Source: Rhynchobatus australiae
Lineage: Eukaryota
Assembly: GCA_034780895.1 (NCBI GenBank)
Contig: JAUZTB010000066.1
Location: forward strand, 1,024,127-1,088,126
Direction: 5' to 3'
DNA length: 64,000 nucleotides
A program made the position numbers and the translations under genes. The notes under the pieces were generated by a model, which had not been told where the DNA came from, did not search any database, and saw nothing but the letters and a program-made list of their open reading frames with translations. This document shows positions 13,120 to 24,649 of the stretch, piece by piece (the first letter of the stretch is position 1; the number at the start of each line of letters is the position of its first letter).

Positions 13120-13430
13120 TAAGGTAGTCAGTGGTAAACTTGTCCCCATAGCAGATATATCTATAACCAGAGGGAAGGTGTAAGAGGTTTAGAGGGGATA
13201 GAAAGAAGAATGTCTTCATCCAGAGGTGATTGGAATCTGGAACGCACAGCCTGGGAGGCTGGTGGAGGCAGAGATCCTCACAATATTTAAGAGGTACTTG
13301 GATGAGCACTTGAATTGCCAAGGGATAGAGGGCTATGGACCACGTGTTGGTAAATGGGATTAGTTTGGGTGATGAACAGTATGGACAGGGTGGACAAAAG
13401 GGCCTGTTCTGTGTTGTATGACTCTATTAA
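13120..13430 (+). mobile_element. CR1-like LINE 3' end
   Basis: 'ggaatctggaacgcacagcctgggaggctggtggaggcag...gggcctgttctgtgttgtatgactcta' tail. Confidence 0.65.
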
Positions 13431-16129
13431 TTCCAATAATCCTCACTGAATAACATATGGTATAGTGCTCAGGATGGCAAACAAGGTGGCTGAAGCCAAG
13501 CTCAGTACACTCCTCGAGGGACCAATTTAACTCTCCAGATTCTGTGATATCATATAATTCGAACATTAATCACTGATGTACCATGAGGGAAAATTAAAAA
13601 ATCTCTCCCATCAATTTGATTTGGGTTTGTTCTATAAAGGTTTAAGTGAGGCAGATAGGGAGACAGGATCCTGCTACAGTGCCCTGATTGAATCCATTTA
13701 ACTGCCTGTAGTTATAGTTTTCTTGTTGCTAATTTGAAACAGGTGAACAATTTGTTAGAAGTATGGTCTAAAGAGTTAGGGCAAGGGCAGTACTTTACAA
13801 AAATGGCACATTGTTTGCAGGGAATTAGACTGACCTTTGTCAATGTCAGATTAGAGCCAGATCAAACTCCAACATGAGCAGGTATTCTACCACACTTTGA
13901 AGTATTCATTATTGGTCAAAATCCAGCAGCAGCATCCAGTGGGCACCTCATGTTCAGTGAGATTCTCCAAGTCAGTTTCATATCTGACCAAGGTTCAGCC
14001 AAGTATTTTCCAAAAAAAAAGGGAATCAGATTCCATCTCCAGGGGTATCCCTGAATGTAGAACGAGGTGTTTGAAATATGTAGCACTCTTGGATTTTAGT
14101 TCAAAGGAAGAACAATTCAGCTGTTAAGGAAATGTCTCCAAATCTTCTCTTTAAGGAAGAGTAGCTAACATGATAACTGATAGAGAGAGAAACTTGGAAT
14201 GGCAGTTTTCTGCAAAGACTGGTAAAGGTATTGGGAGGGGTTCCTTGNNNNNNNNNNNNNNNNNNNNNNNNNNNNNNNNNNNNNNNNNNNNNNNNNNNNN
14301 NNNNNNNNNNNNNNNNNNNNNNNNNNNNNNNNNNNNNNNNNNNNNNNTTGGGAGGGGTTCATTGAGGGAAGTGTGGAGGTTGAAGCACTCACTCCTTCCA
14401 ATCAGGATTTCCAAACAAACTCCAACCTGATATAGAAAATAAGAATACTAATTTCTTCTTGGTTACAGAGATTAATGTTTCCCAGTTCCACGGCTTGCAC
14501 ATGCCACAGTCCTTTTTGTAAATGAATCACAGGCAGATAGCTTGCAAGAGCAGTAAGTGATAAGGGAGAACATTAACCGTTATAGCAAACGTCTTACTAC
14601 AAATGTACAGCCTACTCCTAACTAGGATCTTACAGATGAATGATAGGTCATTAGTTAAAACTGAATCCAGAGGGACGGAGGTAAAAGGGTAGTTATGCAA
14701 ATTGGAGCAAGTTAGAACATGGTGTTCACAGTTTACATGAATGGTTCAGAGTTGCAAGCCTGATTCTGCAACGTAGAAGGGCTGGGCCAAGTGGCAGCTG
14801 ATGAAGCCAACACTTAAGAAGAACGTAGCACATGTGAAAAGACTTAAGCTGAATTTCAGGAAATTGAACTTTAACACCATTGATGATGAGCTGATGTACT
14901 TCGATAGGAAATACAGGAAAATGCATCCACCTTAGAACATGGTACAGTGAATAAATCAACAGAATCATTATTGCAGGCTAGCAGAGGGATTGAAATATTC
15001 ACAAGGTACTGGGATATCTCGAGTATAGAATTCAAATGGAATGAAGTTTGATAGATAATTAATATTTCACCTAGTCAGGTCGCAGTGCAAGTTCTGGTCT
15101 TCCCACAATAAGGACAGAGATACTTTGGAGAGCAAACAGGATGTTAGCAGAACAGTGTGATTAAAGGTATCAGGAAGGGCCAAGCACCTGGGGCCTTTTT
15201 CCATTTGAAGAGATGACTGACAGGCAACCTGACAGAGATCTTTAGGTTGGCAGGGCAGATGTGGAGGACGCAGGACGTGAACACAAATTCAATAGGGAAC
15301 TAAGGAGACAAGGAACCTGCTACCACAGGCTGCGGTTTAGTTTAGAGGCTTTCAAAAGAACAGGTCCACAAGGGAAAGATGGGAACAGAAAGATGTGGTG
15401 AAAGGTGGAAATGAGGCAGATGGACTGGGGGCAGCTCATGGAGCGTAAACACCAGCACAGAGGAGATGAACTGTTCTTGTGTTTTGTGTGTGTGCAAGGT
15501 AATTCTATGAAATAAAATTAGAGAGCCTTCTGTATTTCCTATCAGGCATACTGTTATCCTCTGGAGCAGCCAATTGTTTCATTTTATAATAATATCTTAT
15601 CTTACTTTCAACTAATTCAGGAAATGCCTCCATCTTAAATCCTCTTCTGTAAACAAGAATGGAACCAGATATTGAACATCCCTGCTGATTCCCAAGAATT
15701 CTCCAACAGCTCATGTGACAGAGGTGCCAGTACTGTATGTGGAACCGCACTGTTGGGACAGGCACCACCTGAACTGGGCTGGCACTGGTGTCCACATGGA
15801 AATGATAAACACAGTGGGCACAAGGACTTTACACGAGTGAGAAGGCATTAATAATTCTTTCACAAATGAAAGGGAAGAGAGCAGAAATAAAAAAAAACAG
15901 GTATCATGGAAATCAAGAAATGCAAATTAAATCATAGAGAGACATGAGAAGTGAGATAAGACGTTTACAGCAGTACAGGCTGGTGTGTGGGTCCAAATAA
16001 TTGTCCCTAACACAAATGCAGGATATGCAAGGGACAAGTTGACTGAACTGCTGCTGCAAATTCAATTTATGGCATGTCATGGTGGTTATTACTGAAACAC
16101 AGGGACAGACAGTCAGAGCTAGAAACTAA

Positions 16130-16655
16130 ATAAAAACAGGAAATGCTGTTGATGCTTAGCAGATCAGGCAGTATCTGTGGAGAGAGAAACAGAGCTGACG
16201 TTCCAGGTCAATGACCTTTCATCACAACAGGGAATAAAAACAAGAGTGTTTCAAGCTGTAGAGAAGGAGGGTATGGAGACAACAAAGGGACTGTTTGCAA
16301 TGGGAGGAGGCTTGATGTCCAGGTGACACAAATGCACCTGATCGGTCTAAGGAGTGTCAACAGAGGGAGAGAACGAGGACAGAGCGGGATAAAATACAAG
16401 CTGGAACTGTGAGGTGCAGAACAGAGCAGATGGTATGCCCTGCATCATTAAAGTGGTCTCCTTTACTCTGGAGAAGCCAAAGATGGATTGTGTGACCACT
16501 TTGCAGAACATCTTTGTTCACCCCACAAGGGTGACCTGAGCTTCCAGTTGCCTCTCACTTAACTTTCCATCCCACTCTGTCTTTGGCTTTCTATATTGTT
16601 TGAACAAGGTCCAATGTTTGCTTGAGGAACAGCCCCCTCATCTTCTACCTAGTGT
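16130..16655 (+). mobile_element. Penelope-like retroelement relic: inverted terminal repeat (16130-16230) plus GIY-YIG endonuclease pseudogene (16455-16652)
   Basis: The plus frame from 16455 reads GLLYSGEAKDGLCDHFAEHLCSPHKGD, then after frameshifts ELPVASH and LEEQP/LIFYL. This fits the PLE GIY-YIG consensus 'LYIGETKRxLxDRFAEHL...LPVAxHFN...EQHLIFRL'. Confidence 0.7.
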
Positions 16656-16989
16656 TACGGACTAGGACTATTAGTTTTACTCACATTTCACCTTATGGCT
16701 TGCTGTACTGAACTTTAAGAACCATTCTTGGATGTGGAGTTTGGGAACTTGCCACACACACATGATAAGTTTAGTTAGTTTTTGGGAGTTAATGTTCGGG
16801 GTTTAACATTTTTACTTCTAACATTCTAACATTTTTACTTTTANNNNNNNNNNNNNNNNNNNNNNNNNNNNNNNNNNNNNNNNNNNNNNNNNNNNNNNNN
16901 NNNNNNNNNNNNNNNNNNNNNNNNNNNNNNNNNNNNNNNNNNNTATACATGTCTCGGTGTGTTTCTTGTGTTGCTGGTTCGTAACACTA

Positions 16990-17340
16990 GGCTGCTGTAG
17001 GTGGCCCCAATTCGTCCACACCAACCAGTGGACACCCATAGAATAGTCCCATCTCCCAGCACTTGGCCCACAGCCCTCTGTGCCTGGGTGGTTCAAGTGT
17101 TCATCCAGATACCTTAACTGCCATCAGTGAGCCAGCTTCAACCACTCTCTCAGGCATGCATTCCAGGTATTCATCACATATCCTCTCTAGATTTCTTCGC
17201 CATTACTAGTTTTTTTCTACCTCTGATATGGGGAAATGTTTCCTGCAGTTGACCCTATCTATATCCCTATTCATTTCATATTCTTCAATCCCATCCCCCC
17301 TAACCTTCTCCACTCCTGGGGGAAACAGACCTAGCCTGAG
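16990..17340 (-). mobile_element. CR1-like LINE 3' end
   Basis: Reverse complement of the tail family at 13120-13430 and 30000-30300. Confidence 0.6.
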
Positions 17341-18514
17341 ATTACAGATGATCTGTTACTGTTCATCATTCTATGTCCCCTCAGTCTTTATCCTTCTGCC
17401 CAAAGGACCTTTCTCTATCTACTCTGTCCAGACCCTCTATAATTGTAGGTCCCTCTGTCAGAGGCACCCCCCCCCCCCCCCAGCCTAGCTGCTTGACCAA
17501 GAACGTAACTTCTCCAGTCCCTCATCCCTGGAATCAGTCAGAAATCTTCCCTCTGACCACTGGACCCATTCAGTTCAATTGTAAGGAAATGTTGTGGAGG
17601 GAAGGCTCAGGACAAAGTGAATCTTTTATACTCCAGTTGATTTGAATGTATTTAATTATCCAAAATTGCTTCCTAGTGTTTGAAAGTGGCTTAATTTTGT
17701 TTATGTTTTAAACTTAAAATATTTAATAGTATTTTCAATAGTCTTTAAATGTTTTGAATGTTTATCAGTACCACACACCTGTAAGCCTAGTGGCAAGAAT
17801 TAACTAGGTCCTGAAGCATTGCTGGTGGCTGGGCCTGTTACTTATCCAGTGGAAAAGTCCTGTGCTTGGCTGGGCCTTGAGCAGCGGGGAGCTGGCTTCC
17901 AGGTGGAAGATGGTGCCTAGAGACCAACACCAGGTAAGCGTGGGTTTTGTGGGCAGCTTGTCAGTCAGCAGAAGTTCTGGGTCAATGGGTGGAATATAAT
18001 TGAACTTGTTGTTCAAGGGAGGAGACTTGGGGATGCTGGTTGATTAAACCAGATCAGCACATTGTGCAGCAGTGGTGCCCCAAGTCATCAGGCAAAGAAT
18101 ACAAATTAGGGGACAGGTTCCTCAGCATTCCAACAAAACCTGCACTGTCAAGATCACCTTGTAAGCAATCCTATCCACTGAAGAGAGGCATGACATGCGT
18201 ACTTGCACAAATCCAGGAAAACAGCTGCATCATTCATGTAGACTGGAACAATGCAACAACTCTGGTACGAAAGTGTTAGACAGCTCTTTGGAAAGCAGAG
18301 AGATCCTGCACTGCAATCAATTAATTAATTGATAATTTGTTTGTGAGATTGTTAGCCAGGATACAGAGACCATTTCTTGCTATTTAAATATTGCTTTGGG
18401 AACTTGAATGGAATGCAGAGCTTGGTTCATGTCATATTCAAAGAAGAGTGCACCTAACAACACAGTATCCCCTGAACACTGCCTTGGTCTACAGATTGGA
18501 CTGTGACTTGATCT

Positions 18515-19350
18515 CAGAGAGCACTACAGCACAGGAACAGACCCTCTGACCCATCATATCTGTTCCAACCATGGTGCCAATCTAACTAATCCTATCTGCC
18601 TGCACATCATCCGTATCCCTCTATTCTCTACCTGTCCATGTATCTGTCTAAACATTGCTACTGCATCTGCTTCCATCACCTCCCCTGGCAGTGCATTCCA
18701 GGCATCTACTACTCTCTATACAACACAAAACTTTCCCTGCACATTTCATTTAAACTTCCCCCCTCTCACCTTAAATCTATGCCCTCTAGTATTTGACATT
18801 TGCACCCTGGGAAAAATACTATCCAGCCTCTTATGCACTCGTTGCCCCTCAACCTCTGATGCTCCAGAGAAAACGATCCAAGTTTGTCCAACCTCTCCTT
18901 ATAGCTAATACACTCCAACCCAAGCAATGTCCTGCCGAACCTCTTCTGCAACCTCTCCAAACCCTCCACATAGTTCCTATAGTGTGGCGACTGAAAATGC
19001 ATCATCTTACACTTGTCCAGATTAAACTCCATCTGCCATTTCTCTGCCCACATTTCCAACTGATCTATATTCTGCTGAATCCTTTGACAACCTTCCTTGC
19101 TATCCACAACTCCACCAATTTTTGTGTCGTCTGCAAACTTGCTAATCAGATCACCTACATTTTCATCCAAATATTTTAGAAACAACAGAGATCCTAGCAC
19201 TGCTCCTTGCAGAAAACCACTGGTAACAGACCTCTAGTCAGACAACCAACCTTCCACCACTACCCTCTGTTTTATATGATCAAACTGATTTTGTATCCAA
19301 CTTACCAACTCACTGTGCATCTCATGTGACTTGGTCTTCTGGTCCAGCTT
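18515..19350 (-). mobile_element. CR1-like LINE RT and 3' end with internal deletions
   Basis: ORF 18766-19200 contains 'ISKFADDTKIGGVVDS...WAEKWQMEFN...LERLQKRF'. Confidence 0.85.
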
Positions 19351-21784
19351 ATTGTAGAGTCACCACCTATTGATCCTGAGTTGCTGACACTACCAAGAAT
19401 GCAATGACACAAGAATAATGGGACATTTTCATTGATAAATGAAGTAGTTGTATCTTTAGAAAAGGTTCCATCTTGATTTGGTCTGGTGCTCTATACTCAT
19501 AAGTTTCCCCAAGCAGAAAAAATTATTTTCAGGATGAGATGGTCATATACGATTGGAAACTACAGGAATGATACCACCATAGCTCCTATCTCCAATCTCG
19601 CCAACTCCCCGTCTCATCTCAGGTAATGTTTTACTCCACTCCTAGTCTTTTTACCAAATATATCCTCAGTTTCAGTTTAACCCAGCTTCCACTCTATTTT
19701 CATCTCAGATCAGGCCTCCCAATTATGCCATAGTCTCACTTCACTTTACTTTTAATCTCATCCCACAATTCTATTCCAACCTTAGCTCAGCCCATATGCT
19801 AACTTTACTCCCAATCTAATTCCACGACTCTTCATGCTGTTCTGGATCTCACCTCAGTCTCTCTATTCAGTATTTGAGCACAAACGAGGAATATCACATA
19901 CATCAGGTATCCTCAGACATTTCAGTCTACTGGGTTAATTACTAACAAAAATATGCTCATTACATTGCTGTTTGCAGACACTTGCTTTTGCAAATTGACC
20001 ATTGCATTTCCTCAATATGAGGCTGGATTACAGTTCAAAAAGTACTTTATTAGCTGTGATATGCAGTGGGATATGCTGAAGTTGTTACAAAAATGCAAGC
20101 TTGATATTACCCAGCGTTTTGTCTCCACTGGCCACTTAGGACTATATTGTGGAACCTTGAGGTCATACATACACTGCATTAAAGCCACGTTCCGACTCAA
20201 TTACAATTTCTATATAGAGTTGACAGTGCTACCAGAACCCCTTTCCAAACTTCCTGACACAAAATTCAAATACGACAAATCAGTGAGGAAGAAATACAAG
20301 AGTAAATAGGGCTGATGGATCATAGTTTGGACATCTAGGATTAAGTGAAAATTTCTCTCTAGTGTATCGGTTGCTCAACAATAAATCAGACAAGCAACAA
20401 CCATGCTTTGAAGCTTTCACACAGTTCCTGTATTGGGTTTCATACTCTTGCTGAAGGAAGTTCATAGTTTAAAACTGGTTTGTCCCTGAAAACAATTAAT
20501 GAATCAAGATAGATTTCTGATACTTTTGAGCATTTTAAAGACAAACTGAGATCATGCTTAACACAAATTGACAGCACTGAACTCGCTTCAAGAATTTCTG
20601 GCGTGCAACAAGTAAAATCCTGGCAACAGCACTCTCAATAAATTCTACACTGCAAGTTCAAAAGAATACATAGGAAGAAGGTAATTTGGAGTGAAGCTCT
20701 GTGCCATAATCACTGATGGGGCTGCCTTGCCAGTGCTTTGGGGCTGTCTGAGTACATCTCTCTCTCATCACCNNNNNNNNNNNNNNNNNNNNNNNNNNNN
20801 NNNNNNNNNNNNNNNNNNNNNNNNNNNNNNNNNNNNNNNNNNNNNNNNNNNNNNNNNNNNNNNNNNNNNNNNTTGTACACTGGCCCTTGTACACCGACAA
20901 ACACATGATTTTGTTTTCACTAAAATATGCTCAAGGGATGTCAAACAATTTCAAAAAAGGAAACAACACTGTTAACTAAAAGTTCAAGATTAAAGTTAAC
21001 AGGCAAGAAAAACACATGTACAATTATTCCCCAGTGGAACCCAAAGCACCCAACTACCTGAATAGCACCCAAACCAGTTAAATACAAAGACAGAGAAGAT
21101 ATCCCCTCATTAGATCACCGTTCAAGAGTAGCAAGTTAACCATCTACTGGTTGCTAGCTCAGTTTTATTGCATCTCTGCCTGGGCGCCTCAACCTTTCTA
21201 GGACTGGCTAATGCTTTTCAAACACCAGCAACTCCCTGAAGCACTCTCAATGTTTTGTAGATTACACAAACCCAAAAAAAAAGCTTTTGTTGCCTTTTTC
21301 AATGGTGCTCTGCTTCCAAATTAATCCTGGGAGCTGACATTCTGAAGGGTAACACAAGACTCTGAATCTCTCTAAAAAAGCCTGGCTTATTCAGCATCAC
21401 CATGTGATGTCCAACAGCTGCTCTTCTCCAGGAAGCCCCACCTGCCCCACTCTAAGCACAGCTCAAGCAATGTTCTTCACTGGGACTGGGTGGTGCAGTG
21501 GGTTAGATGAGGCCTTTCATCTCTTGGGCCTGCTGTTGAATCAAGCCCAGACAGATGAAGGAAAGGCCTCCCCCTATCCAAGTGGCAGGGTGGGTGGCAG
21601 GGCCTGACCTCTCTTTGAATCCAGGGTTCAGAAGCATCTGAAGGCAGCCAGACAGCTGGTCTGTAGACCACCCCTCACTTTCCCACCTGTGGGCTATGCA
21701 ATTAATTCTGCCATTTCCATATAAAATGGGAGGCTGTTTCAGCCTAGTGAGTATCTGCTGCCTCTCAGTCATCCAATTGCCCCA

Positions 21785-22020
21785 CTACTTTTTCCTATAA
21801 CCTATTCTCCCAAGTTACCATCAACTCCCAAGGGGCGATTTACAGCAGCTAATTAACCAACCAACCAACCCACATGCCTTTGGAAAGTGGGAGGAAACTG
21901 GAGGAATCCCATACGGGAATGAAAACAACATGTAAGCTACACACAGACAGCACCAGAGGTCAGGATTGAACCTGGATCACTGGAGCTGTGAGGCAGCAGC
22001 TCTACCAGCTGCACCATGGT
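21785..22020 (-). mobile_element. tRNA-derived SINE with V-like domain
   Basis: Minus strand has A-box-like TGGTGCAGCTGG and B-box GGTTCAATCC, followed by TTTCCTCCCAC.TTCCAAAG. Confidence 0.7.
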
Positions 22021-22564
22021 GTAGCATTTTGTAACAATCCATAGGCACATATCAATAAGCACGTTGTAAATGAAGGCTAGATAGTCAAGGAATCTGGAAC
22101 ACACACTGCTTGGGTAAAATAAAGGAACATTCTGCTGTGCCGTGCCGTGCTCGATTACACAGGAGATGGAAACAATCTGGGCTGGGGAGAAAGGAGTCCA
22201 GACAAAGAGCAAAATCATAAAATTAGAGCCAGAGGTGAAGTCAGGAAGCAGTCATTCCCCCTCCCCCACATCTCCGAAGAATGGTGCATGTTGTCGAGGG
22301 ATAAAGGAGCAAAGGCAGGAAGAGATGGTGAGACAAACCACCCAGGTTTTACCTGAATGACAGCAGGTTTGAGGAGCTAAAAAGCAATGGTATCCAGTGA
22401 GATGCCTCAGGGGTCATCTGGTCCAGGACCTGGTCAGTTGGTAGCCTTTCTCTCACTCTTGATCATAAGGTATTTGACAGGGTGGATCACCAAGAACTTT
22501 ACAGGAATCCATTCGTGCTTGACTTGGGCCACGCTTTGTAGCCCAAGTCCAACCTTTGAAGGCC

Positions 22565-22810
22565 AAGTGACAGCCAAGTCTCTGTAATGGTCACAACGTT
22601 GTAGTTCCATGTACTCACCCACATTCTAAGCTCATTAGCCTTGTTCTTGATACTTCTCACATTAAAGTGGACACACTTCAGCCCATCCAACTGACTGTAA
22701 TTTTGCCCATTCAACTGCCTATCCTTCCTCACAGTCTCTCTACACTCTGTATCTACTTGTACACTAAATGCACCAACCTCTGACCTATCTCTCAGGTTCC
22801 CATCCCCCCG
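22565..22810 (-). mobile_element. CR1-like LINE ORF2 AP-endonuclease N-terminus fragment
   Basis: 'LKCVHFNVRSIKNKANELRMWVSTWNYNVVTITETWL' is the APE motif NxRS...ETWL. Confidence 0.8.
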
Positions 22811-24329
22811 TTCCTGAATTGGTATAGCAACTACAAGAACAGAGTAGTAATCCCTTTCTGTCTTCCCCTCCTCTAAGAGCTGTTAATGTCACTCTCCTCC
22901 CTCCCTTTACTTATTCGAAGAGATGCGAATCTCTACATCCGAATCCCCCACACTCCTTGTTTGTTCCTCAAGCTCTTGGAATCTAATCTATCAATCTGTA
23001 CGTGACCCGATCCAGCACAGCCCATTTCTCTCCTAATTACAACTGGTAGATGATCCCACCCCCTTCACCCAGCTCCCGTTCAGCTCTGGGCTGATTGCTT
23101 ACCATCACCGACAGAAGACTGATTTCAGTCCAAATGTCTCCTGTCTCAGAGCAAGATCACTCAATTACCAATACTTTCTGCAGCAAGGCTGTATTCAAAC
23201 CAATTCCACTTAGCTTTAATTAAAAATATTCCATTCTAAGACTCACATGTGGTGTGCCAAATCTTTGTGAATGGCACTGCTGACTGTGGTGCTGCACCAG
23301 TGACAAGCTATTGCTCAGACCACACAGGCTGCTTTGTGCACCCTTAGAACATAAAATTAGAGCTGAATTTTGTGGTCAGGACTTGATTGTCTTGGCACAA
23401 GCACACAGTGGTTGCTGCCATCTACCTTGGAACTGAAACGAGTCCTGGGGACATTAGCCCATTCAGATTCCTTGTAAACACACACAACATTGAGGATTGG
23501 TTTACATGATTCACCTCAAGAACCATTTCAAACAGGGTACTGTTTAAGTTCATGTAACATGTGGGTGTTAGAAACACACCGCCAGACCCACTGCAAGTGC
23601 TCTGATCCTCCATCTAAACCAGGAAGAGGCTGAGAAACAGGGGGAAACTTGACTGCTCCACACATCATTCTTAAGCCAAGTATCAAGACTGCTGTTAGCA
23701 AAGGGTGAGAGACGCTTTTTCTTTTCAGGCACTAAATATTGGCTGAGACAAGATGCCCATGAGTCCCTTCTCCAGCCCCTACACCCTATCCCCATCTTCA
23801 AATGGCCACCATGTGTGAGCTGGGCAGAGGGTGGGACCTTGCCCCTGAACACGCAAACCGGACAAATGGATGCTGAGTGGATTGTTATTGTTCTGAAAGG
23901 CTTAGATGCAAAGGCTCGGGGTATTTCCATTACCCACATACAGCTCTGGACAACAGCCGGACAAAATATCCGATCAATGGAATCAGTTAATGGACAGTAA
24001 TTCCTCAAGTGAAGAGTGAAACCTCCCCTGTTTGAAATGCAAACACAGGGAGGTTACTGGCCCCATCACAAGCCCTAGTAACACACAGGGCTATTAGAGT
24101 CATAGGGTTACGCAGCAGGAGAATAGGCCCTTTGGCCCAACTGTCCATGCCAAGCAAGTTGTCTACCTGAACTAGTCTCACTTGCCTGCATTTGGCCCAT
24201 ATTGCTCCAGAACCTTTCCTCTACATCTTATAGACGCTGCCATTGTACCTGCCTCCACCACCTACCGAGGCAGCTTGCCCCACACACCTCAGTCACAAGT
24301 CTGGTACCCCATAGGAAGGCTACTACCTA

Positions 24330-24612
24330 TCACCCACTCCTGAAACCCACAGGCAGGCTAACTGCTCATTTTCACCCATTCTAAAACCCCCACAGCGAGG
24401 TCAAATGTCCATTCACACCCACTCCAGAACACAGCGAATTGCCCCCCTTCACTCCTTCTCATTCTGGAACCCAGAGAGAGGTTAACTACCCCTTTCACCC
24501 ATTCTAGAACCCCACAGAGATTAACGACTCCCTTCACCCATTCTAGACCACATAGATACTACCCCTTCACCCATTCTAGAATCCCACAGAGAGGGTAACT
24601 GCCCCCTTCACA
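24330..24612. repeat. Degenerate minisatellite, ~40-44 bp unit (cccttcacccattctagaacccacagagaggttaact)
   Basis: About 6-7 visible copies of 'ttcacccattctaga'-like cores. Confidence 0.75.
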
Positions 24613-24649
24613 GATAACGAAGGATGACACAGCAACAGGTGTGAGAAAT

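Noticed and set aside
14231-14365. Near-identical sequence (ttgggaggggttc) on both sides of a 100-N gap
   Set aside because: Most likely a collapsed tandem repeat or contig-overlap artefact.
21955-22020. tRNA-like A/B boxes (also at 10568-10620)
   Set aside because: These are heads of tRNA-derived SINEs followed by the SINE body, and no cloverleaf is visible.
23095-23150. Minus-strand ATG|GTAAGC resembling an alternative first exon donor
   Set aside because: A phase-0 donor is incompatible with the phase-1 downstream exon, and there is no promoter or CpG-island support.
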